From: a virus
Virus genome (UHGV): UHGV-0290768
DNA: 55,056 nt
Strand: one strand, 5' to 3'
Below are positions 1 through 10,700 of the stretch, one piece after another (positions within the stretch are counted from its first letter, which is position 1; each line of letters starts with the position of its first letter). Below the pieces are notes generated by a model, which worked only from the letters and a program-made list of their open reading frames with translations, was not told the origin of the DNA and did not search any database. The position numbers and the translations under genes were made by a program.

Positions 1-120
1 CAGTTTAGCGCCTTCCATCAGACGTTCGAAGTCATAGGTCACGGTCTTGGCGGCGATAGCGCCTTCCATGCCTTTAACGATCAGGTCTGCGGCTTCGAAC
101 CACTGCATGTGGCGCAGCAG
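1..120 (-). pseudogene. icd: Displaced 3' fragment of isocitrate dehydrogenase (icdC-like), partial, continues beyond the window start
   Basis: Minus-strand translation [40 protein letters not shown] matches the Icd C-terminal region. An in-frame TAA immediately upstream (~nt 121-126) shows there is no 5' part. Confidence 0.8.
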
Positions 121-362
121 TAGTTAACCAATAACATCATTACTTGTTGATTTAAATAGAAAAATAGGTATTTTTGATACGTTATTAATGTGTTTAACCT
201 AAGCCCTAACCTATTGAAATTCATTAGTATATTTTCAGTTTTGATAACTGGCTTTGAGTTTTTCAGCTCATCTGGATAGTGAATTATTAGCCAATAATAC
301 TTACTCCCTGTGAGTCGGGTTAAATATCTCCGGTGTTATAACTCATGATTTGAAAAGAAAAT

Positions 363-385
363 AAAAAAGCCTCGGAATCCGAGGC
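363..385 (-). terminator. Rho-independent terminator ending the c-di-GMP cargo operon
   Basis: Hairpin gcctcgg-aatc-cgaggc at 369-385. The A-run at 363-368 on the plus strand gives a U-run after the stem on the minus strand. Confidence 0.6.
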
Positions 386-428
386 TTGCATTGGAACAAG
401 CAGCGCCATTATATTATTTAATTACTAC

Positions 429-752
429 CTACCATGTAATGATTGCTCTTTTCCAAACCATCTTCCCTTTTTGTTCTTCTTTTATATGCAGAATCCTTTT
501 CATAATAAAATATAAAATAAGAGAAAACGCAATGATAGCAATATATGTCCCGATACCGAAAGATACCAGAAACACAACCAAGATCCCAAAGAGCGCTACC
601 AGTAAAGATGTGCAGATAGATATCAAATTAATTGTCTTGCGTGCGTCTCTTGATACATAGCCTTTAATCTTAAATGCATGGCAGCTGTGGCAGTGGTCCT
701 CATTAATTAAAACTGCACCACAAAATGGACATTTATCATCTTTTGTTGTCAT
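429..752 (-). CDS. Small membrane protein with an N-terminal zinc ribbon (CPFCG...CHSC) and two TM helices
   Basis: ORF with CxxC-X11-CxxC followed by two hydrophobic helices. AT-rich. Last gene of the GGDEF-EAL operon. Confidence 0.5.
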   Translation of the reverse strand: MTTKDDKCPFCGAVLINEDHCHSCHAFKIKGYVSRDARKTINLISICTSLLVALFGILVVFLVSFGIGTYIAIIAFSLILYFIMKRILHIKEEQKGKMVWKRAIITW

Positions 753-757
753 TTATT

Positions 758-1450
758 TTAAATCTCAACATAATAGTAATCACTCATCCACAACCTTCCC
801 TGGCAAGCGCAATCAACAACAGAATGTACTTTATTTTTTTGTTCTATTGTCTCAACTCCCTCAACAATCACGAAATTGCAGTATGATTTTATTTTATTTA
901 TTCTTTTAAAGAATTCGCTCTCACTCTGTATTTCCCAGAAATAATCTTTATCAATTTTTATACATTCAAAATTAAACATATCAATAATTGTTAAACTTGT
1001 TAAGCCCCTTCCAAAATCATCCAGCCATACTGGACACAATTTTGAAAGACACTTTAAGTCAACCATACAGCATTTAGTATTGAATTCATGAAAATACTCG
1101 TTAATCTCAAAAGCAATGTTTTTTTGGTTTTTTAAGTAATCACCAATATATTTATCGTTCAAAATACAATCGCTAATAAGACTGTCAACATTCAACGAAA
1201 CTGGCTTGAACTTCAATTTTGATGCATCAAGCTTTTCAATTGTCAATATCTGTCTCTTAAACACATCGATTTTTTCTTTATCGCTTAGCGAACTGAAGCA
1301 AAAAAGACCTTCATTAGCATGATAATCATTAGCGTTCTTTTTTTTAACACTTTTCGTGAGAATTTCCCAAGAATGAATAGAACCATCTTTTTTGTAAGAT
1401 GGTTCTAAAACAAACCTGCAGGATTCTATTTCCACACTGTTCTTTAACAT
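758..1450 (-). CDS. Stand-alone EAL-domain protein (putative c-di-GMP phosphodiesterase)
   Basis: EAL-family motifs visible: LEP...EIL, N in SLNVD, EINE, WLDDFGRG, KIDK, VIVEGVETIEQ, CQG. AT-rich codon usage. Confidence 0.75.
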   Translation of the reverse strand: MLKNSVEIESCRFVLEPSYKKDGSIHSWEILTKSVKKKNANDYHANEGLFCFSSLSDKEKIDVFKRQILTIEKLDASKLKFKPVSLNVDSLISDCILNDKYIGDYLKNQKNIAFEINEYFHEFNTKCCMVDLKCLSKLCPVWLDDFGRGLTSLTIIDMFNFECIKIDKDYFWEIQSESEFFKRINKIKSYCNFVIVEGVETIEQKNKVHSVVDCACQGRLWMSDYYYVEI

Positions 1451-1804
1451 AAAAAAACACCGGAACTAAGAATATTCCTAATCGTGTCATAATTATAAAT
1501 GAAAGAGAAATAGTTTAAAATGATCGATCATGATCGAACAATAGGCGAAACCTATCACACACCACAAATTGATCGGTAATTCAAATCAAATGAAGTGAAA
1601 GGTAAAAATAGAAACATGATTTCATTATAAATCACAATAAAATCAATGTGTTATTAAATACTAATAATTTAGTGCCAGATATCAAACGTTAGTTGAGAAG
1701 GTGTCTGAGGTTCCGAAGAAATTTATCTGCGATGATAATGCCGATAATAAACAATCTTAAACATTTATAGGTATAACATCATAAGAAAATAAATCATTTC
1801 ATCT

Positions 1805-2884
1805 TCAATTATTCGGCATGCAATATCCATTCTTCCCATTACGTTTAACTTCATATAGCATTTGATCAGCCTCTTTGATCCACTCGATAATTGATTCTTT
1901 ATTTTCTGCACAAGAAATACCGATACTGACAGTACAGTACATATCTTTATGAGAAGGCAATGAAAGATCTTTAATTTTTTCCTGAATTATATCAACCATG
2001 GCTATAACAAGCTTGCTATTACTGTTGTTAACAATAATAGCCAACTCATCGCCACCAAATCTTGCTGGCACATCCTTCTCGCCAGCGCACTCTCGTAATA
2101 TTGTTGATATACGAGATAACACCGCATCACCTACTTCATGACCATATGTATCATTAATTTTTTTAAAATTATCAACATCAATGAGCATAAGATAAGAATG
2201 AATTCTCTTTTTACGCGTCGCACGAAAAGCACTTTCCATTTTTTGCTCAAAAAATCGGCGATTTGGCAGATCTAAGCCAGGATCCATCAGCGCCTGTTTT
2301 TCCAGTAACTCCCTTCTTTTCCTCAACTTTATAGATAAGTGCCTTGAAACAACACTCAACACTATGGGATAACAGGTTGCCAACGGTAAAGAAAGCAATA
2401 CCGTTCGGGTGCTGAATTCTATAGTATATCTGAAATCATTTGCTAACCAAACTATCACGAAACTAATCATCATCCACGTTAATGCTGGTTTTAAAATTTT
2501 CCATCCACCAGCAGCATAGCGATCAGCTATTTGAACGGAGATTATGAATAATGATGGAATTGGGCTAGCTTGCATTACGGCTATCCAGATACCAGCCCAG
2601 AATGAATCGAGTACCATATTCTTTTTTTCAGTACTCAGCATATCCTTCGACATCATGCTTGCCAGATAAGCAACCGATGGCCAGATGAGTGCATTCAAAA
2701 TTAACAGGGCTATCGTTATTTTTTGATGTGACTGTTCCTGGAGGACTGAATATATAGGAAGAAAGCAAAGAACGACACCTATCTGACGTAAGAAATATAC
2801 TCTTTTAATAAACGATGAATTTCTGTCAGATATGTATTTTTCATCTGGGAATTTTGTTAACATAGAAAGCCTATTATAAATCAC
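1805..2884 (-). CDS. Membrane-anchored GGDEF-domain diguanylate cyclase-like protein with a GGDEL active-site variant
   Basis: About six TM helices N-terminal. C-terminal GGDEF fold motifs DVDNFKKINDTYGHEVGD and RFGGDELAI. No RxxD I-site upstream of the GGDEL. Confidence 0.8.
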   Translation of the reverse strand: MIYNRLSMLTKFPDEKYISDRNSSFIKRVYFLRQIGVVLCFLPIYSVLQEQSHQKITIALLILNALIWPSVAYLASMMSKDMLSTEKKNMVLDSFWAGIWIAVMQASPIPSLFIISVQIADRYAAGGWKILKPALTWMMISFVIVWLANDFRYTIEFSTRTVLLSLPLATCYPIVLSVVSRHLSIKLRKRRELLEKQALMDPGLDLPNRRFFEQKMESAFRATRKKRIHSYLMLIDVDNFKKINDTYGHEVGDAVLSRISTILRECAGEKDVPARFGGDELAIIVNNSNSKLVIAMVDIIQEKIKDLSLPSHKDMYCTVSIGISCAENKESIIEWIKEADQMLYEVKRNGKNGYCMPNN

Positions 2885-3286
2885 TAAGAGCCGCTATCAC
2901 TTTAAACCACTAAATTACAAGATAAAACCGCCCTGCATTACAAAGTTATAACATGGATGTGAAAATTACAAGATTGCACTTCAATTATTGATAAACGTAT
3001 CAATAATAACATTTTGCATCCATTTTTCTTGAATCTATCTGTACGTTTTAAATCTAATGAAAGGCAATACTTTAGGGTTATATCCTTAAACATGAAAACC
3101 CAACAGGATTTATCACTATTGCATTATTAATTTTGGTAGATTATTAAACAACGACACAACATCTGACCAGTAAAAATTTACTTGAACTTACTTATCGTTT
3201 ACTCCAAATTATTCTGTGATGTACACAGCAATTAATGTCGTTACAGTTGCCCCCGGCAAGTGCCTCCGGGGGATTTTTTATGCTCC

Positions 3287-4714
3287 TCAACTTTCTAGTG
3301 CGTCAACTCGCCTAATCAAATCCTGCACCACTGTTACCAAATCGGCGATGATGGCCGTGTAATCAACATTCATCACCCTGAATTTTTCGCCATCGATCTC
3401 CTGCTCGATGCCGAGGAAAGTATACAGATCATCAGCTTTTTCAGCCTGCTGAGCGATAAAACCACGCCTCCGGCGCGTTTCGCCTTTCATATTGAACTCG
3501 CATACCCCCAGCGCATTAATGCGCCTGGAGGCCCCTTCCTGAGGTTCTGTAAACCCGTCTTTCAGACGAACGTCAGAACCGGTAGTCATGACGTCACCTT
3601 TGCCGGTGGTGATTGTGCCGCCAGGCCGAAATAGCCAGGCATCGGTTCTTCCGAAACCGTCAGAGTACAGCACGATCCGGTGCTCAGTGCCGACCTTCTC
3701 CTCCATGTACATTTGCACGTATGCGCCGTCCGGGTCGCCGTAAGCGCCTCTTCCCAACATCTGAGACCGCACAGGTGCGGCGGTGACCTGCTGGCCGACT
3801 GCGATATTGCCGGGCATTGTTGAGCCAGCGGTTAAATTGCCATCGGTAACTAACAAGCTGGCATTGCCCTGAATATTTAGTCTGTTTTGCCGGTCCTGGA
3901 TAATGCGGGCGGTAAAGTCGGCGATGCTGCCGTTGAAATGAAAGTCGATGTATGGCGTGCTCATCGATAGCTCTAACGCCTGGGAATACAGCTTGCCCTT
4001 TGCCGTATTATCGAAACCACCACCGACAACCAAATCTCCGGGCAACGTCGTCTGGTTATTGGTGCCAATAACGAGGATGTCATCAAAGGTGTCTGCCGGT
4101 GATACAGTGGTCGCTCTTGAACGCTGAACCCTAAACGGTGTTCCCGAGCCAACGGCAATTGTCCCGCCTTGCCCCTGTTTTTTGAGCAGAGCCAGATCTG
4201 AGTTCTTACCGAGTATAAAACCGGCATTATCGCTGGTTATAACCTGCGAGCCGTCGAGTTTGTTTCCTCCGGTGAGTTTTGCCAGCGCGTTAAGATCCGA
4301 GGCCTTCGCCATCCCGGCTATCGCCGGCACGGTCACCTGCTTTCCTGTGATCGGGTCAGTCAGGGTGATATTGCCGCTGCCGGTCAGGGCCATCGACCAG
4401 CCCTCCACTACACTACGCCAGAATGCAAACGCGCTGGCCAGCTGGTTAGCAAACGACGAGGTGCTGGCGGTTTCAGCGGTAATAATGCCGTAACTGGCAC
4501 CGGAAAATGCGGTGGTGATATTCCGGGTCAGCGTCAGTTGCGTGTCGCTGTCCACGGATTTGATCGCATACAGGTCAGCACTACCGCTGCGGTAGACCAC
4601 TAGAATCGACCCGGGCAGTATCCCCAGCGCCTCCTGTGACCATTTTGTTGTCGCACCTGTCACCCGTGCCTGCGACGCGGCACCCGTGACGGTACCGACT
4701 TCATACATCGCCAT
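3287..4714 (-). CDS. stf: Side tail fibre with a C-terminal intramolecular chaperone (peptidase S74 / endosialidase-chaperone type) domain
   Basis: Gly/Thr/Ser-rich fibre body. C-terminus has the S-D-x-R-L-K autocleavage motif (TTGSDVRLKDGFTEP) followed by a helical chaperone segment. Confidence 0.65.
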   Translation of the reverse strand: MAMYEVGTVTGAASQARVTGATTKWSQEALGILPGSILVVYRSGSADLYAIKSVDSDTQLTLTRNITTAFSGASYGIITAETASTSSFANQLASAFAFWRSVVEGWSMALTGSGNITLTDPITGKQVTVPAIAGMAKASDLNALAKLTGGNKLDGSQVITSDNAGFILGKNSDLALLKKQGQGGTIAVGSGTPFRVQRSRATTVSPADTFDDILVIGTNNQTTLPGDLVVGGGFDNTAKGKLYSQALELSMSTPYIDFHFNGSIADFTARIIQDRQNRLNIQGNASLLVTDGNLTAGSTMPGNIAVGQQVTAAPVRSQMLGRGAYGDPDGAYVQMYMEEKVGTEHRIVLYSDGFGRTDAWLFRPGGTITTGKGDVMTTGSDVRLKDGFTEPQEGASRRINALGVCEFNMKGETRRRRGFIAQQAEKADDLYTFLGIEQEIDGEKFRVMNVDYTAIIADLVTVVQDLIRRVDALES

Positions 4715-4782
4715 AATAAAGTTCCTCCTGGATGGTTTTCCCTGGAAAAAGAAAAGGCCCCTTGCGGGGCCATATATTGTTA

Positions 4783-7700
4783 TCAGGTTGATGAACCGCG
4801 AATTACGTTGTTATTGCGCGCGGCGAAGGCGTCGAATCTTGAGAGGATGGTTAATACCATCTGTCCGTTACGGTCCAGGTAACAGCCATATCGCAGAACA
4901 GCGTCGCCAGTACCGGCAGGGACGACAAATGACATGTTGTCTACGTTCATTGACTCTTGCGCCGTTAACAGGCGTGTTGCTCCACCTGTTTCATACATAA
5001 GCTCAATGCCTAGCTCCATACTGCCGCCACCAGACGTAGCGCCTGTGCCACGAAGAAGCATTGCATACGACAGATAGCCAGGATTCAGTCCGCCGTCAGC
5101 CCCTGGCGCGTAGGACATCCCCGCTCTTAGTTTCGCGCCGCCGTCGATAGTGATGCTATCCGTCTGGAGGAGTCCACCGCGAATATTGATCACCTGGTCG
5201 AAATTCTGCCGCCGGAACCGGGCCAGCTCAAACCACTGCCATGTAGCCTTCGGCACCTTGCGCGTGCGGTGCTGAGCGATGTTGATCGCAAATGACCCGA
5301 TGTCGCCCTCGATGTGGTTCGCATATACCGTCCCCTGGAACCAGCCGTCAGTCGCATAAACCGCACCGCGAACGATCACGTTGTTGAACTGCGAAGAGCC
5401 ATCCTTGGCGATACGCCAGCCGCGTGACCCGTCAACAAAGTCATTCGAGCGGATCTCGTTGCCGATCTTCGCGTTCGTGATGGAACCGTCCGCGATTTTG
5501 GTTGAGGTCAGGGAACTGTTTTTGATACGTGCCGTATCGATATACAGCTCATTGCCTTCGGCAACCATCACCGGAACAGCCGTCGCATTATTACGGTTAA
5601 ACAGCGAGAAGCGGTCAGCGTAGAGGATCATGTCGCTCGTTTCACCATTGCTGCCCAGCGTAATCCCCGCGCCAACATTCTTCCCGTTAACCGTCTCAAC
5701 CTTCATCGACCACAGCGAACTCACCGTACCATTCACATCCGCCACGGTTTTGGCGGTGTTCTGAACGGAAGCGCTGAGATCCCCGACACTGGATGTCAGG
5801 GTCGTCTGCTGCGTTGCCAGCGCCTCCAGTGCCGTTGCATGCGTCTGCTGGGTACTGGTGATACTGGCCACCGATTTAATCGTGTTGTCCAGCGTCGTCT
5901 GGTTTTTGATGTTGGCGGCCGCCTGCGCGTCAATCTGCGACTGAAGCGAGGTATTCAGGCTGGCCTGTGTGCTCTGGCTGTCGCTTAGCGTCTTCGCCAT
6001 GTTATCGACGCGGGAGTTGGCATTATCCACTTTCGTGGCCAGTGCCGTCTGCTGCTGCGCCTGGGCGGTGATTTTCCCTTCAGCATCCGTTACGCGAGCC
6101 GTCAGACCGCTCACGGCACTCGCCGTCGCGTCAGAGGCATCCTGTGCAGCTTTCGCATCGGTAACATCCGTGATAACCAGATCGTCGATATACAGCGAAT
6201 AACCGGGGGTGCCGCTGCCGGAGGCGCCACGGGTAGAGATCCAGACCACTGCGCGCGTTCTCCCATCCCCGTTGTTACTGGCAATACCCGTAAATTTCAC
6301 CCACTTATCACGCGCACCAAGAGCGGCTTCGCTGACAGTGACCGCCGACTGCCAGGAGTTTTGACCGGCAGCATTCAGTGAGTTAATGCCGACCAGCGTT
6401 GTCCACCCGGAGGATGGCGCCTGATCCGCCGGCATCATAGCCCAGAACTCAAACCGGAACTTCGCATCCTCACGGACTGACTGCCAGCTCCCAAGCTGTT
6501 TATCGCTGTTGCCGTTATTGTTCGCTCCTCGACTCACCTGCAGGCTCTTATTGCCGGTGAATTTCTGAGACGCCACCACAACGGCTGTGCCGTTCCCGCC
6601 CAGCACCTGGCCATCGCTGTAGCTTTCAAACGTACCGTCAACCCACGGATTAGCTCCCTGAGTGCGGATGGTATTGATGGTGCTGGTCAGCGACGTGATG
6701 CTCTGCGACTGGCTGGTGATGGTGTTTTCCACCTGGCTTACGCGACCGGTCAGTGAACTCACCGCGGACGTGTCAGCCTTTTTACCCAGCTCAGTATTCA
6801 TCGTGGTCAGGCTGTTCTGCAGACTGGTGAGCTGCTGCGACTGCGAATCCAGTTTACCCTCGGCAGACGTCATCCGGGTGGTCAACCCGGTGACAGCGCT
6901 TTGCTCGGCCTTCTTACTGACCGCCGCATTCGTGACGGCCAGATCGCCGCTGAGTTTCGTCAGCTGCTGCGCCTGGGTGGTGATAGCCCCTTCAGCAGCG
7001 GTGACGCGGGTATTCATCTGAGAAATGGCCCCGGCATTAGCTGCGATATCCTTTTCATCCGTAACATCGAGGACATGGAAATCATCGAAATACATTGCCC
7101 CCGCGCTGAGGAAGGTCGTCAGCTGGAAACTGGCCGTCGTGGTCTTCGTGGCTTTCCAGTCAAACGTTACCAGTTGCCAGCCAGAACTAAACGGTCCGTA
7201 GTTTGAGCCGACCAGCAGGCCAGTGCTGTCGGCCACACGAAACTTCGTGTTACCCGCATCTTTAATCGTGGTTCCCGGGTCCTGCTTCGCCCATACCCCC
7301 ATGCGGTAGGTACGACCCTGCGTGATACTGATTTCCTGCCCGACCAGGTTCGACTGGCCGGCGGACATTTTCAGCGCCTTGTTACCCGAATGCGGAACCT
7401 GTAAATCGGCCACCGTCGCGGTACTGCTCCAGCCGGTAAAGCCCGCCGCGCCGCGCTCAAAACTGCCGTTGACAATGAGGTTGCCCGGCATTTTCCCGCT
7501 GGCGTCAATATCCGCTGCCGTCTGGCTCAGGCTGTTACTAAGTTGCGTTAGAGAATCCCCTTGCGCACTGAGTGTTTTGCCCTGCTCAGTGACCTGGTTC
7601 TGCAGGGTGTTCATCGCGCTTGCGTCCGCTTTTTTGTTCACATTCGCATTCGTCGTGGCCAGATCGCTGCTGAGTTTTGTCAGCGCGCTGTTGGCTGCCG

Positions 7701-10700
7701 CGATGTCATTCCCCTGCTGCGTCACCGTGCCCTGCAGCTGCGTCACCGCTGTCGTGTCAGCCTTTTTACTCACCGTATCGTTTGTCGACCGGAGGCTGTT
7801 CTCCAGCGAGGTGGTCCGCGTGCCGATGCTGCTGAGCGTATCGCCCTGCTGGCTAACCGTGGTGGTCAGTGAATCCACCGCTTTTGCGGTCGCATCTGCG
7901 GTTTTCTGCGCACTGTTCGCCGCCGTCACGTTACGCATATGCCAGTCGGCAGCGTACCAGACAGTGCCGAACGGGCTGCTCTGATTAACCTGCAGGAACG
8001 GTCGCAGGAAGTTCGTGTCTGCCGGCACAGTAAAGCGCCAGGTGGCTCGTTTCCACGCGGTGGTGGTCTTGGTGTTTCCCCCGGACGCTCTCGCCCCAAT
8101 ACCACCAGTAGCAGTGGTGGCCCGACCGATGTAGAAATTAAAGTCAGCGCTGCCGGTACCACACGCTACCAGAGCAGACATTTCGTAAACGTCGCCCGGC
8201 GTCACAGCGATGTTGTTGATTTTTGGCACATGGTCTCGCCCGGCCAGCCGGACGGCATACCTGAACGGGCAGTCAGCCGGCACACCTGCAGCAGTGGTCT
8301 CCACCACGTCATAACCCATGCGGTCATACGCCGGATCAAATGACGGGTTTGGGATGTAATCATCCCCGGCAGCATTCCCGGCGTTCACCGCCGCCGTCAG
8401 GCTGACGATGTTGCTGTTGGCTGCCGTGAGGCCTGCCTCGGTTTTCTCCACCCGGCCAGTCAGCGCGTTAAGCGCCGTCTGATCCGCTTTGGTGTTGACC
8501 TTATCGGTGGTGCTGCTCAAATCGCCCTGCAGCTTCGTGATAGCCTGCCCCTGGGAGGTGATTTTGCCTTCCGCACTGGTGACCCGGCTGGTGAGATCAC
8601 TCACCGACTGCGCGCTGGCCTTTTGTGCCACGTTGTTGTTGGTGGTGTTCAGGCTGTTCTGCAGATTCGTGATGCTTTGAGACTGCGCGGTCAGTTGCCC
8701 CTCGGCATTCGTCACCCGACTGGTGAGGCTGTTAATGGCCGATGTGTTCGCGGTAATACCGCTGGCCGCATCATCCGGACTCGGTGACCAGTCAGTCATC
8801 ACGGTCCCGGTTTCCAGCTGAGGGCGACAGAGCCAGACTTCTTTGTCGGCAGACGTCGCGCTTTCCAGACGCGCGGCAATCAGCCGTTTGGTGCCACTGG
8901 TGGCAGGAATAACCCATTTCACCCAGTAACGCGCCCATGCGGTGGTCAGTTTCGTGACCGCCTTGCCGTCACCGGCCCCGCCTTTAACCCCCTGGCTGGT
9001 TTCCGTGGTGGTAGTGTTCGACGGGTTATAAAAATAACTCGCCATTTCCTGTCCGTTATAGGCACCTTTCGCATAGAAGCTGAATACAAATTCAGTACGC
9101 CCGGTAACATCCAGCGTCTGTTCATCCAGCTGGATATAACCGGATGCACCTTTCGCCAGCCGGGTGTAGGCCACGCGGTCGCCCAGATACGTCTCTGTGG
9201 CGTGGCGGCTGCTCCAACCCTCCAGTGTGTCCGCATTGCGGATAAGGTTGGTCCCGCCAACGGCCAGGGAGGAAAAGTTGTTTTCCAGGTTCGTCAGCGC
9301 GCTGCTTTGCGTGGTCAGATCCCTGCCATGCTGTTCAACGGTGTTCTGCAGGCTCTGCAGCGCCGTTGCATCAGCCTTCTTCGCCACATTGCTGTTAGTC
9401 GTGTTCAGGCTGTTCTGCAGGTTGGTCAGGCTGTCTCCCTGCGATTTCAGGCTGCCTTCGGTAGCCGTCACGCGGGTCGTCAGATTCGTCAGCGCGCTGG
9501 CATCGGCCTTGCCGCTGATATCCTTACCAAGTTGCGTCACATCCGACTGCAGCTTCGTGATCGCGCTGCCCTGAGACGTAATATTCTTCCCGTTCTGCGT
9601 GACTGACGCGGACAGACTGGAAAGCGCCTGCGCATTCGCATCGGCGGCATCGAGCGCCGCTTTCGCATCGGTCACGTCACTGATGATCAGATCATCAATC
9701 AGGAAGGCGTCACCCAGGCGAACTTTTGGTGTATTCGGGATGGAGATCCTCACCATTGCCTGTTTCAGTGCGGTTCGGTTGTTGGTCAGATAGCCACTGA
9801 CCTTTGTCCAGTTGTCCACCGACAACTCGGAGACTTTCACGTTCAGGCCAGGCCACGACCAGCCATTGGCAGAATCCTGGAAGGAAAATCCTAGCACCAT
9901 ATAAACGGTCGGATCGGCGGTCGAGCCAGCCGGCAACTTAACCCACGCCTCCACGTAATAGACCGCATTATCGCGAACCTGCATACCAGAAAAGATATGG
10001 GTATCGTTATTATCCGTCGCGTTCGGGTTGTACTCCGTACTGCGCGTAACACGCAGGCTTTTGGTCCCGCTGTGCGCAGCTTCACTGGTGATAACAGCGC
10101 GGGCATTACTGAGAACATCGCCGACGGCATAGGATTCAAAACTGCCGTCCGGCAGTACATTGGCTCCCCGTGTTGCCTGTTGCTTCAGCGATGTATTCAG
10201 CCTGGTCAGGCTGTCGGCCTGGCTACGGATATCCTTTTCAGTCTGGGTAACCCGGTTGGTCAGTGAACTGACCGCCGACGCATCAGCCTTCTTCGCCACA
10301 TCGCCTTTGACCCCTTCCAGCGCGTTATTCAGCGCCGTGATGGATTGCCCCTGTGATGTCAGGGTGTTCCCCTGGTTCGTCACCGTCCCGGTCAGAGACG
10401 AAACAGCATCGCTGGTCGCCTTGATGTTGGTTTCATCGGTGATATCAAAAACCCGGACGGAATCGAGCCAGATTTCACCGTTTGTCGGATGAGAATAAAG
10501 TTTGAAGTTCTGCCCGTCCGCGCCGGCAGCCGTCAATCCGGTTTCCCAGGTGATGGTTTGCCAGTCAGTGGTCAGCGTGACCGTTTTATCCTCATACGTA
10601 CTGTCCGTCTGGCCGATTTTGTTCTGGCGACGGATCAGCAGACTCATCGCGCCGGAAACACCTTTGGCCTTCACCACCACGCGGTACTTGCGCTGGCCAT

